Below the pieces are notes generated by a model that searched no databases, had not been told where the DNA came from, and saw only the letters and a list, made by a program, of their open reading frames with translations. This document shows, piece by piece, positions 12,449 through 25,799 of a DNA stretch of 64,000 nt (its first letter is position 1; the number at the start of each line of letters is the position of its first letter). This DNA comes from Octopus sinensis. Its lineage: Eukaryota. The position numbers were made by a program, and so were the translations under genes. The stretch spans positions 2,685-66,684 of the forward strand of contig NW_021837030.1 in NCBI RefSeq assembly GCF_006345805.1. The letters are read 5' to 3'.

Positions 12449-13105
12449 AAATTTTCAATACCTCCGATAATTTTTCGAGTATGCTATTATTTATTTTTAT
12501 CAAATGCAGAGGCGAATAAAACTGAGAACCTCATCAGAGCCAGGCATGGCTACGTGGTTAAGAAATTCACTTTGAAACTGCATGATTTCGAACACCGCCA
12601 CTTTGGCCAAATATTTTCTACCATTGTTTGTTCTTGAGCGATAATCATAACGCATTGCTTGGTGTAACACTATCACATGGTCCCTGGTATTTTTCTCCCA
12701 GTTCATTGACCTCAAAATATTCAAGTTAAGTCTCTGTTAAGGGAATACTTTCTTCCTTTTCTCCCATTAATCACAAAAGCCTTGCAAAGGGCAATGGACC
12801 CTGCTCTTTCTCTTCTGACTTGTTGATTAAAAATATACCTTAAGGCATTTTACTTACTTCCTTATACTTTCTGTCATAACGCCAAAACTGTAATTTCTCT
12901 TTTGACACAACATAAATTATATATGTACGATGATGTAAATTTGTTGAGAGTCAAATAATGACATACGACAAACCATTTTCTGATATTAAAAAAACACGTA
13001 CGTTTTCTTAATATTGGTTTCAAATTTCCAAGTGCAGCAACTAATACACCTGTTTGTTGTTTATACACCTGTCTTCGACTTTTGCATTTCTGTAAATTCC
13101 AGCAA

Positions 13106-13116
13106 TATGTGTGTGT

Positions 13117-13170
<54 letters not shown>

Positions 13171-13440
13171 GTGTGCGTGCGTGTGTGTGCGGCGTGTGTG
13201 TGTGGTGTGTGTGTGCGTGTGTGTGTTGTGCTGTGCGTGTGGTGTGTGTGTGCGTGTGTGTGTGTGTGTTGTGTGTGTGTGCGTGTGTGTGTTGTGCGTG
13301 TGTGTGTGCGTGGCGTGTGTGTGTGGTGTGCGTGCGTGCGTGTGTGTGCGTGCGTGTGTGTGTTGTGTGTGCGTGCGTGCGTGCGTGGTGTGTGTGTGTG
13401 CGTGTGTGTGTGTGTGTGCGTGCGTGCGTGTGTGTGTATA
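13106..13440. repeat. (TG)n/(TGCG)n microsatellite
   Basis: Seen directly. Confidence 0.95.
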
Positions 13441-13568
13441 TGTATAATTAAGATAATATTTTGCCTCGATATTGATAAAAGAATTTCATCTATGTGACAA
13501 ATGTGTCAGTTCGCTTTGAATTATCGGTAGCAACGGTTTTCAGGAGTTTAATATTTACAGAAAGAATA

Positions 13569-14349
13569 GCGGCGAGCTGGCAGAATCGTTAGCACGACGG
13601 GCGAAATGCTTAGCAGTATTTCATCTGCCGCTACGTTCTGAGTTCAAATTCCGCCGAGGTCGACTTTGCCTTTCATCCTTTCGGGGTCGATAAATTAAGT
13701 ACCAGTTACGCACTGGGGTCGATGTAATCGACTTAATCCGTTTGTCTGTCCTTGTTTGTCCCCTCTGTGTGTAGCCCCTTGTGGGCAGTAAGGAAATAAG
13801 TATTTCTCTGCCAAAAGGTTCTGAGTTCAAATTCCGCCGAAGTCGACTTTGCCTTTCATCCTTTCGGGTTCGATTTATTAAGTACCAGTAAAGCACTGGG
13901 GTCGATATTATCGACTTAATCCGCTTGTCTGTCCTTGTTTGTCCTCGCTGTGTTTAGCACCTTGTGGGTAGTAAAGAAATAGGTATTTCTCTGCCGTTAT
14001 GTTCTGAGTTCAAATTCCGCCGAGGTCGACTTTGCCTTTCATCCTTTCCGGGTCGATTAAATAAGTACCAGTTACGCACTGGGGTCGATATAATCGACTT
14101 AATCCCTGTATTTGTCCTTGTTTGTCCCCTCTGTGTGTAGCCCCTTGTGGGCAGTAAGGAAATAGATATTTCGTCTGCCGTTACGTTCTGAGTTCAAATT
14201 CCGCCGAGGTCGACTTTGTCTTTCATCCTTTTGGGATCGATTAACTAAGTACCAATTTTGCACTGTGGTCGATTTAATCGACTTAATCCATTTGTCTCTC
14301 CTTGTTTGTCCTCTGTATGGTTAGCCCCCTGTGGACATTAAAGAAATAG
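13569..14349 (+). mobile_element. SINE-B1 tandem array: one full unit + three headless 183-184 bp units
   Basis: Junction TATTT at 13617, 13801, 13984, 14167, 14351; flanking duplication ATATTTACAGAAAGAA 13551-13566 / ATATTTACAAAAAGAA 14350-14365. Confidence 0.95.
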
Positions 14350-14699
14350 ATATTTACAAAAAGAACTTGGTCGTCCAGACCAAAGGGAATCTACAAACAA
14401 AAACGTCTTAAGCGAAGCTAGAAACTAACCGAACCATCGTTGGCATGGTATAAATTAATCTGCATAGAAAGTCAAAAATAATTTTAAAAATTAATACTGA
14501 TTTTATCCGTTACTATTGAAAAATGGGACTTAACTTTGTACGCGCACGCACGCACACACATGCACACACACACAACAACAACAAATTATATACAAATGTA
14601 TAGTAGTAACCTAAAGAGGAAACGTCAACATTGCCGCACGACCTTCTAGAATATAATGGCAAAATTCCATCGAAAAGTACCCTGCTGTCTTATAAAGGT

Positions 14700-14830
14700 A
14701 GAATACGTGGGAGAATACAGTAGACATAGCGATATACTAAAAGAGGGAATGGTCAATGCTTGATGGCATTTAATCATTGGTCTGGTCAATGAGAGCTAGA
14801 CTGGTGATAAACAACAACAACAACAACAAC
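14700..14830 (+). repeat. Decayed interspersed repeat ending in (CAA)n
   Basis: Weakly similar inverted copy at about 45245-45300 (CTTTGATC..GTCTG.TCGATCA..GCTGACCTG..TAAA). Confidence 0.35.
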
Positions 14831-14843
14831 AGCAGCAGCAATT

Positions 14844-15317
14844 GAGGCGCAATGGCCCAGTGGTTAGGGCAGCGGACTCGCGGTCGTAAGAACGTGGTTT
14901 CGATTCCCAGACCGGAGTGTTTATTGAGTGTTTATTGAGTAAAAACACCTAAGCTCCACGAGGCGGGGTGGGGTGGTGAACCCCGATGTACTCTTTCACC
15001 ACAACTTTCTCTCACTCTTTCTTCCTACTTCTGCCACAAAGCAGAGGAACCATGTTGTAACCCACTATGGTGTGGTAAAACTTTCAGACCCTAGTCTAAA
15101 TTGCGAATCCTCTGTACCCCAGGATGGTTCAGCTCTCCACCCGTTAAAAGCCACCGTTTACGGCATGAGGATAACAACGTAGCTTTCGCGCCCATGTAAC
15201 CGCCAGTCTATCGCGTGTGGTGGGTGGATCTTCAAGTTGCCACACAAATTCTTAGTAGCTTAGAGTAGGCTCGAATTAGAGATTATTCTTTGTGTCTAAT
15301 GGCGTGAGTCCTGATTG
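14844..15317 (+). mobile_element. SINE: head C + tail H, copy 1
   Basis: Head as 9702; tail homologous to 27658-27900 (-). Confidence 0.9.
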
Positions 15318-16482
15318 GAAGAAGAAGAAGAAGAGAAGAAGAAGAAAAGAGAAGAAGAAAAAGAAGGAGAAGAAGAAGAAGAAGAAGAAGAAGAGAAGAA
15401 AAAAAAGAAGGAGGAGAAAAAGAAGAAAAGAAAAAAAAAAGAAGGAGAAAAAGAAGGAGAAGAAGAAAAGAAGAAGAAAAGAAGAAGAAGAAGAAAGAAA
15501 AGAAGAGAAGAAGAAGAAGAAAAGAAGAAAAAGAAGGAAAAAGAAGAGAAAAGAGAAGAGAAGGAGAGAAGAAGAAGAAGAAGAAGAAGAAGGAAGAAAA
15601 AGAAGGAGAAAAAGAAGGAGAAGAAGAAGAAGAAGAAGAAGAAGAAGAAGAAGAAAAAGAAGGAGAAAAAGAAGGAGAAGAAGAAGAAAAGAAGAAGAAG
15701 AAGAAGAAAAAAAGGAGAAGAAGAAGAGAAGAAGGAGAAGAAGAAGAAGAAGAAGAAGAAGAAGAAGAAAAAGAAGGAGAAGAAGGAGAAGAAGAAGAAG
15801 AAAGAAGAAGAAAAAAGAAAGAAAAAGAAGGAGAAGAAGAAGAAGAAGAAGAAGAAGAAAGAAAAGAAGGAGAAGAAGAAGAGAGAAGAAGAAAGAAGAA
15901 AAGAAGAAGAAGAAGGAGAAGAAGAAGAAGAAGAAGAAGAAGAAGAAGAAGAAGAAGAAGAAGAAGAAGAAGACGAGAGGACGTAGTAATTTATTAATTC
16001 TTCATAGAAGAACATAAATCCAAGTCTATCACTGCTGGTTTTGAACTCACAACCAAAATAAACCCTATGACGACTCGCTTTATTTCGCTTTGTAGCACGC
16101 CATCTCCGCTATATACTTACTACTACGAGTCTGCACTCACCACCACCACCAACACTACTACTAATACTAATGCTACCACTTCTATTACTACGACTACTAC
16201 TACTACTACTACTCGGACAATGGTAATGATCTTTATTCATTTCTTTTGTACACTATTATACCAATGTTCCGTATACTTTAATAACAATGATGAAATCAGG
16301 AACAGTGGATTACTGCGCTGATCTAATCGTCTGTGCCCTCCTTTCTTCATATTTATAGCCTTGTATCTTTGATAGAAACCCTTTATTGTAATAATATTAT
16401 TAATAACAATAATTATCATAATAATAAATAGATGATTTCTTCATTTTTACCATGAGAATATCAACAGAATTAATAAAATAAC

Positions 16483-16541
<59 letters not shown>

Positions 16542-17094
16542 CAACAAGGACAACGACAGCAATAATAGGAAATAAAAAGAAAAGGAAGTGATTCGTCTGC
16601 AGGTGGAGGACATTTTCAGAAATTGGATAAGGCAGACGATAAGAATGAGCGAGAAAGAAAGAGGAGGACAAAAAGAATGTGAGAGATGAAGCGAGATAGA
16701 AAACTGGGGTTAAGGTGGAAAGGAAATCTAGCCACCATCTTCAGTGTTCTTCCCTCCGCCAAACACATGTATACAAAGCAAACAGATGAAAATAAAAGCA
16801 AAAATCTGTTATGAATGTATACATGTACTTTAGGCAAAAAGATACATTTACATCCATGAATAACGTCTTATAATCATATTATCGCATACACCTTCGATGA
16901 TACATGACCACGCAACGTTTTACTCCCTCGGTTTTGTTCCTCCCTCCCCCTCCCTCTATCTTTCTCTCTCTCTCTCTCTGGATGTCTCCTATTCTCTGTC
17001 TCTCCATTTACATCTTTCTCTTTTTCTCCCTCCTTCCCTCCCTCTTATCGTCTGCTTCATGCAATTTATGAACATGCTATTCCATTTGCAGGGG

Positions 17095-17125
<31 letters not shown>

Positions 17126-17147
17126 CCATCTCTCTCTCTCCTCTCGC

Positions 17148-17193
<46 letters not shown>

Positions 17194-17284
17194 AATACAC
17201 ACAGACATATAAACACACTCATTCATATTATATACACCCTCATACATATATTGACACATAGGCATCAATGCACATATATATGTA

Positions 17285-17360
<76 letters not shown>

Positions 17361-18599
17361 TTAGAGGCACAGACATAGAGACATACAGCACAAACTTAGA
17401 TATACACACATACACACATATACACATACATACATATATATAAAGGCACAAACACATATAGAGATATATAGGCTGAGATACCCACATATTTACACACACT
17501 GATATACTTATAATTATATACATACATAGATACAGAGGCTCATAAACGCAGAGATAGACTTAGACACATTGATATAGACATCTATATATACAGAGAGAAA
17601 CAAGCACGGAGAGACACATAGACTCAATACAACAAATATTACATACAAATGTACACATATATACATACACAGAAACACAAACATACTCACACAGACAGAT
17701 ATGCACATATGCATATACGTACGCCCACACCCACGCAGACAGAGGCACACAGATGCACAGACAGACAAAAATTCAGAGGCGTAAGTAGAGGTAATTAACG
17801 AAGGGCGACTGTAAATGTTGTCTAGATGTTTCGACTGATGACAATGCGAAGAGAAAGAAAGATGACATAGAGAAATATAAAAAGAGACGGGGTTTGGTTG
17901 AGAGGGGAGCGCCAAGTGTTTGTGAGAAATAGGCTGGAGATATGATTTGGTAAGGGAGCGGTTTGGAATGAGGCGGGGGTTGTTTGGAGAGATACGGGGC
18001 CACAAGCGAAAAGTGGTGTCAAGATGGCAGAAATAGCTTAAATTAGAGGACTGATTTGCTGATGGTACACAAATAAAAGGTAGGAAATATAAAGAGAAAA
18101 AGCAAACAAACAAAGAAGGATAAAGCGTGGGTAAGAAAGGGGAGTGAGAAAAAAATGGAATACAATTTAGGTTGGAGAAGATCAGAGAAGCTGTAGGAAG
18201 CGGTATCGATCTTTTGTGGTGGTTTGGGAGGTTAGGGTTAGAAGAAAGAATGGAAGCAGGAATGGAGGAAGGAAGAGAGGAAATGAAATGAAAGGGGAGA
18301 GGGTGATATGGATAGAGTGAGAAAGAGAGGGAAAGGCGTACGGGTAAGAGCAATTAAAGAATTGTGTGTGTGTGTGTGTAGGAGGGAGGGGAAAAGAGAG
18401 ACGAAGAATAAGTGAGAGTGATAGAGAGAGAATGTGATAGGGAGGATGAAAGAAAATTGAAGTGAAAGAGAGAGAGAGAGAGAAGAATGAGAGACGGAAA
18501 TCTTGATAGAGAAAAGAGAGACTGATAAGGTGCAAGTGACAGATATGAAAAAAGAAAAGAAAAGAACGAAAGGAAGGAAGAAAGAAAGAAAGAAAGAAA

Positions 18600-18677
<78 letters not shown>

Positions 18678-19618
18678 ACTAGAATGAGAAAGATGCCGAG
18701 AAAAGAGCTCGATATATAGTTATATGAAAAGATGAAAATCAGAGACAGAGAGAGAGAGAGAGAGCATGGGAGAGAGAGCAGAGAGGGAGTGAATATGTGG
18801 AGAGAGAGGTTGGAAAAGAATGGTCCTAAAGTGATATCAGAAAGACAACACTTGTGTGGAAAGAGGAAATGAGGGATACAATTTCTTATGGGGATGACAA
18901 GGCATAAAATAGAGGAGAGAAGGGATATTTAGGAGAGGAAGGATAAAGGAGGAGGAGAGAAAGTAGAGAGAGAGAGGCAAGGAGTGTGATGAGAGAGAGT
19001 GTGGTGACATAGGTGTGTATAAACCTGTGCTTTTGTATGTGTTTGTATTTACTTATGTAAACACATGTGAATATGTGTACGCGAATATGTGTGCAAGAGT
19101 TAGAGAAAGTGTTACTGGACAGGAGAGAGAGAGAGAGAGACGCAGAGAGCCTAAAGAAGAGAGAGAGAAGGACAGATATAAGGGAGAGCATATGTGCATG
19201 CAACATATATCTATGCAGTTTGTTATGCGTGTTTATATGCGTGTATAATTTTGTGTATCTGACTGCACGTTTGCATATTTGTATGTATGTATGTATGTAT
19301 GTATGTATGTATGTATGTATGTATCTATGTATATGTGTGTATGTATGTATGTATGTATGTATGTATGTATGTATGTATGTATGTATGTATGTATGTATGT
19401 ATGTATGTGTCTATGTATGTGTGTGTCTATGTATGTGTGTATGTATGTGCTTGTGTATGTATGTGTATGTATGTGTATGTATGTGTAGTATGTATCGGTG
19501 TGTGTATGTGTTGAGTGAAAACGTGACGCAAAACTGATTAATGTATCAGGAGAAATAAAGAGACTGGGTTTGGAGTCTCAAGAAGGATAGATACACTGCG
19601 ACAAATTAGTTTAAATAT

Positions 19619-19667
<49 letters not shown>

Positions 19668-21233
19668 AGAGGAGCTGCAACAACACAAAAATAAAACATC
19701 AATGACAGCAACAATAATAATAACATTAAATGCAACAGCAATAGCAACAACGATATCGATAGTGAAAGTAGAAAGAAAAAAAAAGCGAAAATGCGGCTAT
19801 AGAACAGAAATTAAGAATAACAAAAGGAAAGCGCAGAGTTAAAAAAAAATACGTAAACAAAGTAAGGAAAAAAGATAAAGAAGGAAAGATACGGCCAAGA
19901 TGGCGATGTATGAAGACTGGGGGTTGGAAAGTTGTTGGAAAGTTTGTTGGAAAAAGGGAACTGAGATGGGTGACGAAAAGGTGGGAGATGAGAACGGGTG
20001 AAGAAATTGAAAAAGGAAAGGAAAGGAAAGAGAAGAAATAAGTAAAAAAAAAAAAAAGGAAGAAAGGAAGGAAGGAAAGAAAGAAAGGAAAGATAGCGGG
20101 AAGGTAAAAGTCTGCGGTGGCAATAAACTCAATTCATCTTGATGTGATTCTGTCACGTAGACGGAAGATACAGACAGACACGGAAAGAGATGGAAAGAGA
20201 TAGATGGAGTGGGAAAGAGAGAAAGAGAGAAAGAGAGAAAGAGAAACGCGCGTAAACACACTTACACGCCACACACTTACCCATATACACACACAGAAAC
20301 ATTCATAGCCTCGAGCAGGCAGAGACGACACAGCAGCAAAAGCCTGCAAGAAATGACTGTGGTGAAATGGTATTTTGTTTTGTTTATGGGTTTTGACTGT
20401 CTACTTAGTTTTTCTCTTCTCTCTTCTGAGCGAAGTGAGACGGTAGTTTTCAGAAATCTGACGAGGACGGGGTAAGTAACTGCTTTGGTTTGGTTTGGTT
20501 TGGGTGGTAGGAGAAAAACAGGGAAAAGATGAAAAAAAAAATAGAAGAGAGGGAGCAAGGGAGTATATAGTGAAGTGTAATGAGTGAGGATTGCTCGTTT
20601 GGGTCGGGTTTGGGTTGTGTCTGGGCTTTTGAGCTTCGGTTCGTTCGCTTTGGTTCGGGTTTTCGTTTAAGCTAGATAGAGATAGGGAAGGGACGGTCTT
20701 GGTTGGGGGCCCTCGGTTGATGTTGCATTGTATAGTTTCGTGGAATGGGTTGGTTGGAGAACGGGGAGATGAGAGGAGAGGAGATACGAGATTTTCCGGA
20801 TGTGCAAGAGGCTGGTATAAAGCAGGGGTGGGACGGACGAGAGACAATAGACGACATTTTAGCAAAAATTAATAAATAACAAAATTAACGACAAAATAGT
20901 CAAATAAATCAATAGAAGTGCAAAGACAAGGAGGAAGTGTGGTGGAATATGGCGGCCTATGTCGCCTGTTATTTGTCGATTGATAACCACATAGAGTGAA
21001 GTTAGCTAGTTTTATCATCATAATCAGCATCATCATCAGCATCGACATCATCATCATCATCATCAGCAGCATCTTCATTATTGTTTTAGTCATCAGCATC
21101 AGCAACAAATCTTGCCTGTCATCGTCACTGCCATCCTCATTATTATCATCGTCTTCGCCAGCGTCGGCGTCGTCAGCAACAAATATTATCGTCATGATCA
21201 TCATCATCGTCGTCGTCGTCGTCGTCGTCGTCG

Positions 21234-21265
<32 letters not shown>

Positions 21266-21530
21266 TGTATCACTTCCATCAATATTAGCACGGCCGTTAC
21301 AAGCATCACCACTACCACCACCACCTCCAGCAACACCACCACCACCACCACCATCATCGTCATCATCGTCATCATCATCATTATCATCATAGTCGTCGTC
21401 ATCATTTTCATCATGGGCGGCGGCGGTGGCAACAGAAGTGACAGCGGCGGTAGAGGCGACGGCCGCTGCAGAAGCAACGGCGGCAGCGGCATCATCATCA
21501 TCGTCATCATCATCGTCATCATCATCATCG

Positions 21531-21566
<36 letters not shown>

Positions 21567-21720
21567 CTATCAGCACACTCAACATCAGCACGACCATTAC
21601 CACCACCATCACCACCACCACCACCACCAGCGCCACCACCACTACCACCGCCACTTTCATCACCATCACCATCATCGTCATCATAATCATCATCGTCATC
21701 ATCAAATACGACAGGAGCAC
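15318..21720. repeat. 6.4-kb low-complexity block: (GAA)n, (AAT)n, (CT)n, (TA)n, (GAAA)n, (TATG)n, (CAT/CAC)n
   Basis: Seen directly; source of poly-K/E/S/D/I ORFs. Confidence 0.9.
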
Positions 21721-21860
21721 GCAGCATCATCAACCGTAACAGTCATTAAACAAAATGGTAATACTAAAATTGATAAACTATAATCTCTCTTGTTTGCCAC
21801 AAGGGCGACCGGCAAGGAAACATTGCAAAGATGGATTAACAAAGATGAAGATTTTCGTAC

Positions 21861-22268
21861 AGGAGTAGCTGTGTGGTAAGTAGCTTGTTTACCAACCACA
21901 TGGTTCCGGGTTCAGTCCCACTGCGTGGCACCTTGGGCAAGTGTCTTCTACTATAGCCTCGGGCCGACCAAAGCCTTGTGAGTGGATTTGGTAGATGGAA
22001 ACTGAAAGAAGCCCGTCGTATATATGTATATATATATATGTATGTATGTGTTTGTGTGTCTGTGTTTGTCCCCCTAGCATTGCTTGACAACCGATGCTGG
22101 TGTGTTTATGTCCCCGTTACCTAGCAGTTCGGCAAAAGAGAACGATAGAATAACTACTGGGCTTACAAAAGAATAAGTCCCGGGGTCGAGTTGCTCGATT
22201 AAAGGCGGTGCTCCAGCATGGCCGCAGTCAAATGACTGAAACAAGTAAAAGAGTAAAGAGTAAAGAGT
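21861..22268 (+). mobile_element. SINE-A, near full length
   Basis: Close match to A consensus. Confidence 0.95.
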
Positions 22269-22534
22269 AATCGGAGTATATATAAATAAGTGGATGAAGC
22301 AATCATCCTTCAAAGAAACTCAGCGAGCTAAGTTACTTTGTCCAACAAGGGCTCTCGCCTCCTCTCTCGACTGTTGTTTTCCAATCTACGGACGCTTAGA
22401 TAAGTTCTTTAGACATGGAACTATAATTCTAGCCATTTTTTCCCGCAGTCATTCACCATTTACGAATCTCATTGGAAGCTTGAACTTACCTCTCCGCCCT
22501 CGTTTCCCCTTCCACGTGGAACTTGAAATACCTT

Positions 22535-22913
22535 TATCCTTTAATTGTCTCAGTCATTAGATTACGGCCCATGCTTGGGCAACGCCTAGATGAAATTTTA
22601 GTCGAACAAATTAATTTCAAGTCCGATACTATCGGCCTCTTTTACCGAACCGCGAAGTTACGTGACATAAACAAACCATCACCGGTTGCCAAGCGGTGGT
22701 GAAGGACAAACACAGATACAAAGATACACATACACACATAAGCATATATATACGGTGGGCTTCTTTCAGTATCCTTCTAGGAAATCCATTCACAAGGCTT
22801 TGATCGGTTATGAGGTTATAGTTGAAGACACTTGCTCAAGATACCACGCAGTGGGACTGAACCCGGAACCATGAGGTTGGGAAGCCAACTTCTCACGACA
22901 CTGCCATGTCTGC
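22535..22913 (-). mobile_element. SINE-A, diverged, inside L1 copy 1
   Basis: Head at 22913, decayed tail at 22535. Confidence 0.85.
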
Positions 22914-23039
22914 TTAACATATTGTGTAATCGTTTGCGTCATAGCCACTGGACAGAGCAAAACTGTCTCCCCGTCCCATTTAAAAAAAGAGCGGTTAAAA
23001 GATTTGGTCATGAAGCTCGATTTGGTAATGAACTCACAA

Positions 23040-23230
23040 TGTTCTCGCCTCTGAGGTTCCTCAGGTGGCGATGACGGCTTATATTGGTTGGCCACATGCT
23101 ACAGGGACACAGCGGATGAGAAAGTATCTCACGGAGACGGAGACCGACTGTGACACTGCTCGGAAAGCTGCTCCGAGAAGACCCGAGTGAATACCGACAA
23201 ACGGTGGATGCTGTGATGCACTGCAGCAAT
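23040..23230 (+). mobile_element. Possible RTE-type LINE C-terminal fragment
   Basis: R*RLILVGHML resembles RRLRFAGHC; weak. Confidence 0.3.
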
Positions 23231-23771
23231 GCATGTCCACATATTTCTGCTGACCTGATGGGGCGATCTTGGAGCCTTCTTACGCGAGGATTCCACTGTT
23301 CGATGTCTGCTTCACATGGCAGCAATGCTCAAACACTGTACAAATGCGTGCAAGTACTCTTCGGTCTCTGCGTACATATCAAACAGTCTCACAGGATAGC
23401 ACTTCAGGGGCTCTAGAGTTTATCTCGATCGAGTTGTGCCCCTCGGTAGCACTTTCTGAGTTTCTGAGAGGGATCTAAAGTAGTCTCTGACCCGAAAGTT
23501 CTCCTCAACTATCAGCTAGTTTGTCTTCACCGACTGATCGAATCATTGATCTTACCTACCACTAGGTCCCTCTAGATTTATTAAGCGGAACTTCCACTGA
23601 CCACAATACTCAGATAGTAGACACAGTGAGCATCTGACGACATTCCAGATTCCAGGTGCCCAGACTCGGTCTTTCTTGATCCAGAAAGTTAAATCCGTCA
23701 AAGAGATGACCTCCGGAAATGAGTACTTTGCTAACGGAGAGCACATCTTCAGAAATCCCGATAGGTATTGT

Positions 23772-23962
23772 GCGAGCTGGGAGAAGCGTTAGCACGCCGG
23801 GCGAAATGCTTTGCGGTATTTCGTCTGCCGTTACGTTTGAGCTCAAATTCCGCCGAGGTCGTCTTTGCCTTTCATCCTTTTGGGGTCGATGTAATCGACT
23901 TAATACCTATGTCTGTCCTTGTTTGTCCCCTCTATGTTTAGCCCCTTGTGGGTAATAAAGAA
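23772..23962 (+). mobile_element. SINE-B1 with 14-bp TSD and internal deletion
   Basis: ATAGGTATTGTGCG at 23761-23774 and 23963-23976; segment between the two GGGGTCGAT repeats is deleted. Confidence 0.93.
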
Positions 23963-25799
23963 ATAGGTATTGTGCGTGTCCGTGCATCAACAGCGAGTGC
24001 ATGCATAGCCAGGTTTCCAAAGTGTATTGGTAACCAATCCAATTAGTCGAGAATTACTGAGTACGACGGTCGGGCAGTAAATTATGGTGAAGGTGGTATA
24101 GGCACTCACCACTCCAGTTCAACATTTCAGTAAAAGCTTTTTTATCATCCAATTATTGAGTGAAGCAGGTTATCCTGTTCGTTCCTGTTCCTGTTCACCA
24201 GGACGTTTGGACAGAACAAGACGTCAGTCAAGTACTTCACTACGCTGACCGACAGTATAGATTTGCCTCTCCCAGTGCCCTGCTGCAAGCTCTTTGACTT
24301 GTCCAGATTTATCATGCACCTCCTATGGTTATGTATTGCTTTAGAATGGTGCCAACCACCCCCATTCCTGTGCAATCCAGCACCATCACAGCCATGTCAT
24401 TCATGCACAGCATCTCAGATTTAAAAAAGGATGCCTCACAACATAGTTTTAGCTTCCGAAGTAATGTCTCGGAAGCATTCACGTATAGCAAAACCGATAG
24501 GGAGACACCTTTAACAGAACGAGTGCGCAATATGAAACAGTTCCAAAAGTTAGACATTTACACTGACCACAGTGCAAGTGCCACTGTGCATCTACGATCC
24601 AAACTCTAAAATGTGCCAAAATCCGGTCACATTTAGGGCGGCTGCCATATATCAATGGTCAAGTCAATCGAAAGCTTTTTACTGATGAAGGCCCGACACA
24701 AAGCTATGTTTGTTTCTCACCTCATCTACGATGTATCCCACGAGGTGGTAATTGTCATGGATAGATTTATTCGAAATCACATGTTTGCGTTCTCAATCAC
24801 CGATGCCAAGCACCTTTACCAAAATCGTACACTCTGCATTTAATAAGGTTGCGAGTTGGACATCATCTTTTAGATTCCACTTGATGTCTTTCCTTAACAG
24901 CGTTAATACGCTCTAGATCACAGAAGTGATCTGACAGTAGCACAGACGTTTGTCAAGAAGTCACCAAACATCTCTGGCACATAAGCCATCAAAAATGGGT
25001 GATTTGTCCCTTGCGAGGCACTGGACCAAAGATGAAAGTGTTTATTTTCCGACCTTTCAATCTCATTTACCACATATCTTTCGTTTCGTTATAGTTATCA
25101 AACACATAAACACTGCACCCCATATTTGTCTAAAGAACATTGGGGTAATCATTACGATTTTCCCTCACCTTAGGTACAGCCTTGGAAGTGACTGCGTGGT
25201 CCCCAAAGATTCTTGTCACACTAATAGCAATTGTGTTGATTATTTATGAATTTGAGGTCGTTGAACAAAGAACCTTGCCGAACCTAGGCCACTAACACTT
25301 ATGCTAACCTCTCTGAGCACAGCTATTATGATCGGAGATAGAAAATGGTGAAGATTCTCGTCTTGGCCCTCAAGAAAACCTCTTCGTCTGGTTTCGTTAT
25401 AGAATGGGGCGACAATACCGAAGGTCCTTTCTAAAGCATTAGAGTTAGTTTTCTAAAATGCTGAACACCTTTAAGAGTTTATGTGTTTGGGAGACTAATG
25501 GAATACATAATGTGGCTCTGAGTGTTTGAAGAAAGAAGCTCTTCAGTGCCTTCTTCGCTGGAGGTTATGTTTTAACTGCCCCCAATCTCCTCCATTAATT
25601 TCAGGTTGCATTTTTTGAACTAGAGTATAAGTTGAATAATCTTGTTGACTGATTGTGTTAGTGGTTATTTTCATGGTTTTCGTTTCAGTTGTTGTAATTT
25701 TAAAGTAGCAGGCTTCGAAAACGTCTTCTACCTCTTTCAATATGCCAGCTTTCATCATGAGTAGGTAGGGCTGTTTATTCCCGTCTTTCATTTCGCTCT

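Larger units (their letters stand above)
22300..25420 (-). mobile_element. Decayed L1/Tx1-clade LINE ORF2, copy 1 (with nested insertions)
   Basis: ARDKSPIFDGL, LATLLNAE, SIHDNYHL, KAFDRLDH, SVKGVSLSVLLYV, MINLDKS, SFPEVISLTDLTFWIKK, YLHAFVQCLSIA (CCHC region), FKFHVEGETRAER at 22400-22530. Boundaries approximate. Confidence 0.85.

Noticed and set aside
12852-12890. 30-nt - strand micro-exon FWRYDRKYKE
   Set aside because: Purine-rich acceptor; hemopexin resemblance too short.
13569-14349. Regular array as CRISPR-like
   Set aside because: No repeat-spacer alternation, eukaryotic context, units are SINE bodies.
15292-16017. Long K/R/E- and S/F-rich ORFs
   Set aside because: Translations of (GAA)n, open in several frames and both strands; same applies to ORFs at 13014-13497, 20869-21739, 34288-35118, 53137-53708, 54577-55744, 62388-63552.
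22484-22530. Strong - strand donor GAG|GTAAGT
   Set aside because: Lies within L1/Tx1 C-terminal coding sequence (FKFHVEGETRAER).
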